From: an uncultured Planctomycetales bacterium
GTDB taxonomy: Bacteria; Omnitrophota; Gorgyraeia; Gygaellales; Profunditerraquicolaceae
Reading direction: 5' to 3'
Length of the DNA stretch: 57,086 nucleotides
Assembly: GCA_964487475.1 (NCBI GenBank)
Contig: CAZAPM010000008.1
Coordinates: 1 to 57,086, forward strand
A model generated the notes under the pieces. That model searched no databases. It was given only the letters and a program-made list of their open reading frames with translations, and was not told where the DNA came from. This document shows, in pieces, positions 55,210-57,086 of this stretch. Both the position numbers and the translations under genes were made by a program. Within the stretch, counting starts at the first letter, position 1. The number at the start of each line of letters is the position of its first letter.

Positions 55210-55762
55210 TGCCGCGCGGATCTTAAAGGGATCGTGCGGGATCATCCAGCTGCGGGATAAAGACGCGCCGCCGGCCGCATTGATCCGCGCCGCCAAGGCC
55301 TTTGTCCGCTCGGCCGGAGATTCCGTGGTCACGATCATGAACGACCATCCGGATATCGCCAGGATCTCCGGATGCGACGGGGTGCACGTGGGACAGCAGG
55401 ATTGCCCGGTGTGGCTTTGCCGCAGGATACTGGGGGAGGGGAAGATCGTCGGGGTCTCCTGCCACACTGCGGCCCAGGCGCTCGAAGCCCAGGCCCAGGG
55501 CGCGGATTACATCGGGATCGGCCCGCTCTTCGAGACCAGGACCAAGCAGGACGCGGTGCCGATCGCGCAAGGGTGGATCGCGCCGCTGCTGAAGCAGCTG
55601 CGCATCCCGGCATTCGCCATCGGAGGCATCACGCACCGCACTATCACGGCGCTCATGCGCCTGGGATTCACGAGGATCGCGGTCTCATCCGCGCTGATCA
55701 ACGCTTCGCACCCGGCAGCCGCCGCACGGAGATTTTCCGCGGCGCTGCGGGGATCACAATAG
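55148..55762 (+). CDS. thiE: Thiamine-phosphate synthase (TMP-TENI domain)
   Basis: IQLRDK, MNDHPD, DGVHVGQQD, GVSCH, DYIGIGPLFETRTK, AIGGI. Start ATG 55145/55148, or reached by frameshift from the upstream gene. Confidence 0.9.
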   Translation: MPKKKLLLRSNVYAIAQDAADAARILKGSCGIIQLRDKDAPPAALIRAAKAFVRSAGDSVVTIMNDHPDIARISGCDGVHVGQQDCPVWLCRRILGEGKIVGVSCHTAAQALEAQAQGADYIGIGPLFETRTKQDAVPIAQGWIAPLLKQLRIPAFAIGGITHRTITALMRLGFTRIAVSSALINASHPAAAARRFSAALRGSQ

Positions 55763-55774
55763 AAAGGTCCGTTC

Positions 55775-57061
55775 ATGATGACGCAACTGGAGGCGGCGAA
55801 GCAGCACATCGTCACGCCCCTGATGGAACGCATCGCCGGGGATGAAAAGGTGACGGTGGAATCCCTCCGCAGCGGCCTGGCATCCGGAGTGATCGTCATC
55901 CCCCGGAACAAGACCCGCCGTCTTACACAACCCTGCGGCATCGGCAAGGGGCTGCGCACGAAGGTCAACGCCAACCTGGGGACCTCCACGGACAAAGAGG
56001 ACATCGGCCAGGAGCTTAAAAAACTGGCCACCGCCGTATCCTACGGCGCGGATGCGGTGATGGACTTAAGCGTCGGCGGGAACCTTGCGTCCATCCGCGC
56101 GGCCATCCTCAGCCACTCCCCGGTTCCCGTAGGCACGGTCCCGGTGTATGAGATCGCGGTCAACTCCCAGCAGAAACGGCGCGATCCCCTGGCCTTCGAC
56201 CATAAGGACATGCTCAAGGTACTCGAAGCCCAGGCCAGGCAGGGAGTGGACTTCTTCACCATCCACTCCGGAGTGACCAAGGCCAACGCCGCGGCGCTGG
56301 TGCGCCAGAAAAGGCTGATGGGGATCGTCTCCCGCGGAGGAGCGCTCATCGCCGCCTGGATGCGCAGGCACAGGAAAGAGAACCCCTTTTTTGCGTATTT
56401 CGACGAGATCCTGCAGATCGCCCGGGAGTACGATGTCTGTTTGAGCCTGGGCGACGGGCTGCGTCCCGGCTCGATCTTCGACGCGACCGACGCGCCCCAG
56501 ATCGCGGAACTCAAAACCCTGGGAGAACTGGCGCAGCGGTGCCGGAAAGCCGGGGTACAGGCCATGATCGAAGGCCCCGGGCACGTGCCTCTTGACGAGG
56601 TCGAAAAGAACATCCGGCTTCAGAAACGCCTGTGCAAAGGCGCTCCTTTTTACGTGCTGGGCCCGCTGGTGACCGACGTGGCCGCGGGGTACGACCATAT
56701 AACCTCGGCGATCGGGGGCGCGATCGCGGCGGCAGCCGGGGCGGATTTCCTCTGCTACGTCACGCCGGCGGAACATTTGAGGCTGCCTTCGATCGACGAC
56801 GTGAAAGAAGGGGTGGTGGCTTCCCGGATCGCCGCGCACGCCGGGGATATCGTCAAGTTCCCCCACGCCCGGGAGTGGGACAGGCAGATGTCCCTGGCCA
56901 GAAGGAAGCGGGACTGGAAACGCCAGATCGCCCTTTCCATCGACCCGGTAAAAGCCAAGGAATACCGGGGAAGCTCCAAGCCGAAGATGTCGGATGTCTG
57001 CACCATGTGCGGCAAGTTCTGCTCGATGAAATTGATGGAAGAAACGGTAGGCTGCGCGTAA
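55775..57061 (+). CDS. thiC: Phosphomethylpyrimidine synthase
   Basis: KVNANLGTS, DAVMDLSVGG, IVSRGG, LSLGDGLRPG, EGPGHVP, YVTPAEHL, CTMCGKFC. Confidence 0.97.
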   Translation: MMTQLEAAKQHIVTPLMERIAGDEKVTVESLRSGLASGVIVIPRNKTRRLTQPCGIGKGLRTKVNANLGTSTDKEDIGQELKKLATAVSYGADAVMDLSVGGNLASIRAAILSHSPVPVGTVPVYEIAVNSQQKRRDPLAFDHKDMLKVLEAQARQGVDFFTIHSGVTKANAAALVRQKRLMGIVSRGGALIAAWMRRHRKENPFFAYFDEILQIAREYDVCLSLGDGLRPGSIFDATDAPQIAELKTLGELAQRCRKAGVQAMIEGPGHVPLDEVEKNIRLQKRLCKGAPFYVLGPLVTDVAAGYDHITSAIGGAIAAAAGADFLCYVTPAEHLRLPSIDDVKEGVVASRIAAHAGDIVKFPHAREWDRQMSLARRKRDWKRQIALSIDPVKAKEYRGSSKPKMSDVCTMCGKFCSMKLMEETVGCA

Positions 57062-57067
57062 GAGCTG

Positions 57068-57076
57068 TGGTATAAT
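57068..57076 (+). promoter_or_regulatory. Extended -10 element for the next gene beyond the window
   Basis: TGGTATAAT. The window ends 8 nt later with 'AT', possibly the start of an ATG. Confidence 0.45.
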
Positions 57077-57086
57077 CGTTGTTTAT

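Noticed and set aside
1-57086. CRISPR arrays, IS elements, integrases, prophage or defence genes, rRNA, known riboswitches
   Set aside because: I found no regularly spaced repeats, terminal inverted repeats, recombinase motifs or recognisable aptamer consensus. Coding density leaves few gaps.

Overview
GC-rich bacterial chromosome segment with almost every gene on the + strand. The only credible minus-strand gene is a GAF-GGDEF diguanylate cyclase. I saw no mobile element, CRISPR array, tRNA or rRNA. (1) 1-24.5 kb: a surface-glycan locus with a Wzx flippase, 5 GT2/GT4-type glycosyltransferases plus a GT9, 2 Wzy/O-antigen-ligase proteins, a WecA-type initiating transferase, a kinase-less Wzc/Wzz and a Wza-like exporter. 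It is unusually rich in tailoring enzymes: 2 cobalamin-dependent radical SAM enzymes, 3 class I methyltransferases and an AsnB homologue lacking its catalytic N-terminal Cys. (2) 24.5-31.9 kb: pgk-tpiA-secG plus an Opp/Dpp ABC transporter. (3) 32-34.6 kb: three minor pilin/pseudopilin genes, the largest with about 20 N-X-S/T sequons. (4) 34.7-40.2 kb: marC-glgC-GNAT, then an acyl-CoA dehydrogenase/EtfB/ferredoxin-EtfA module. (5) 40.3-45.2 kb: PilZ, an SMC whose hinge looks strongly reduced, and the convergent cyclase. (6) 45.3-57.1 kb: a gap-free run of about 18 genes from rpsU through aroQ, efp, accBC, asp23/amaP, pfk, gmhA and rfaE2 to a split thiE and thiC. Several sigma70-like promoters sit 6-9 nt from a start codon. 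The mix of diderm envelope genes and Firmicute-like gene order resembles Candidatus Omnitrophota, but that assignment is inference only. All counts and motif calls are manual; no database search was run.
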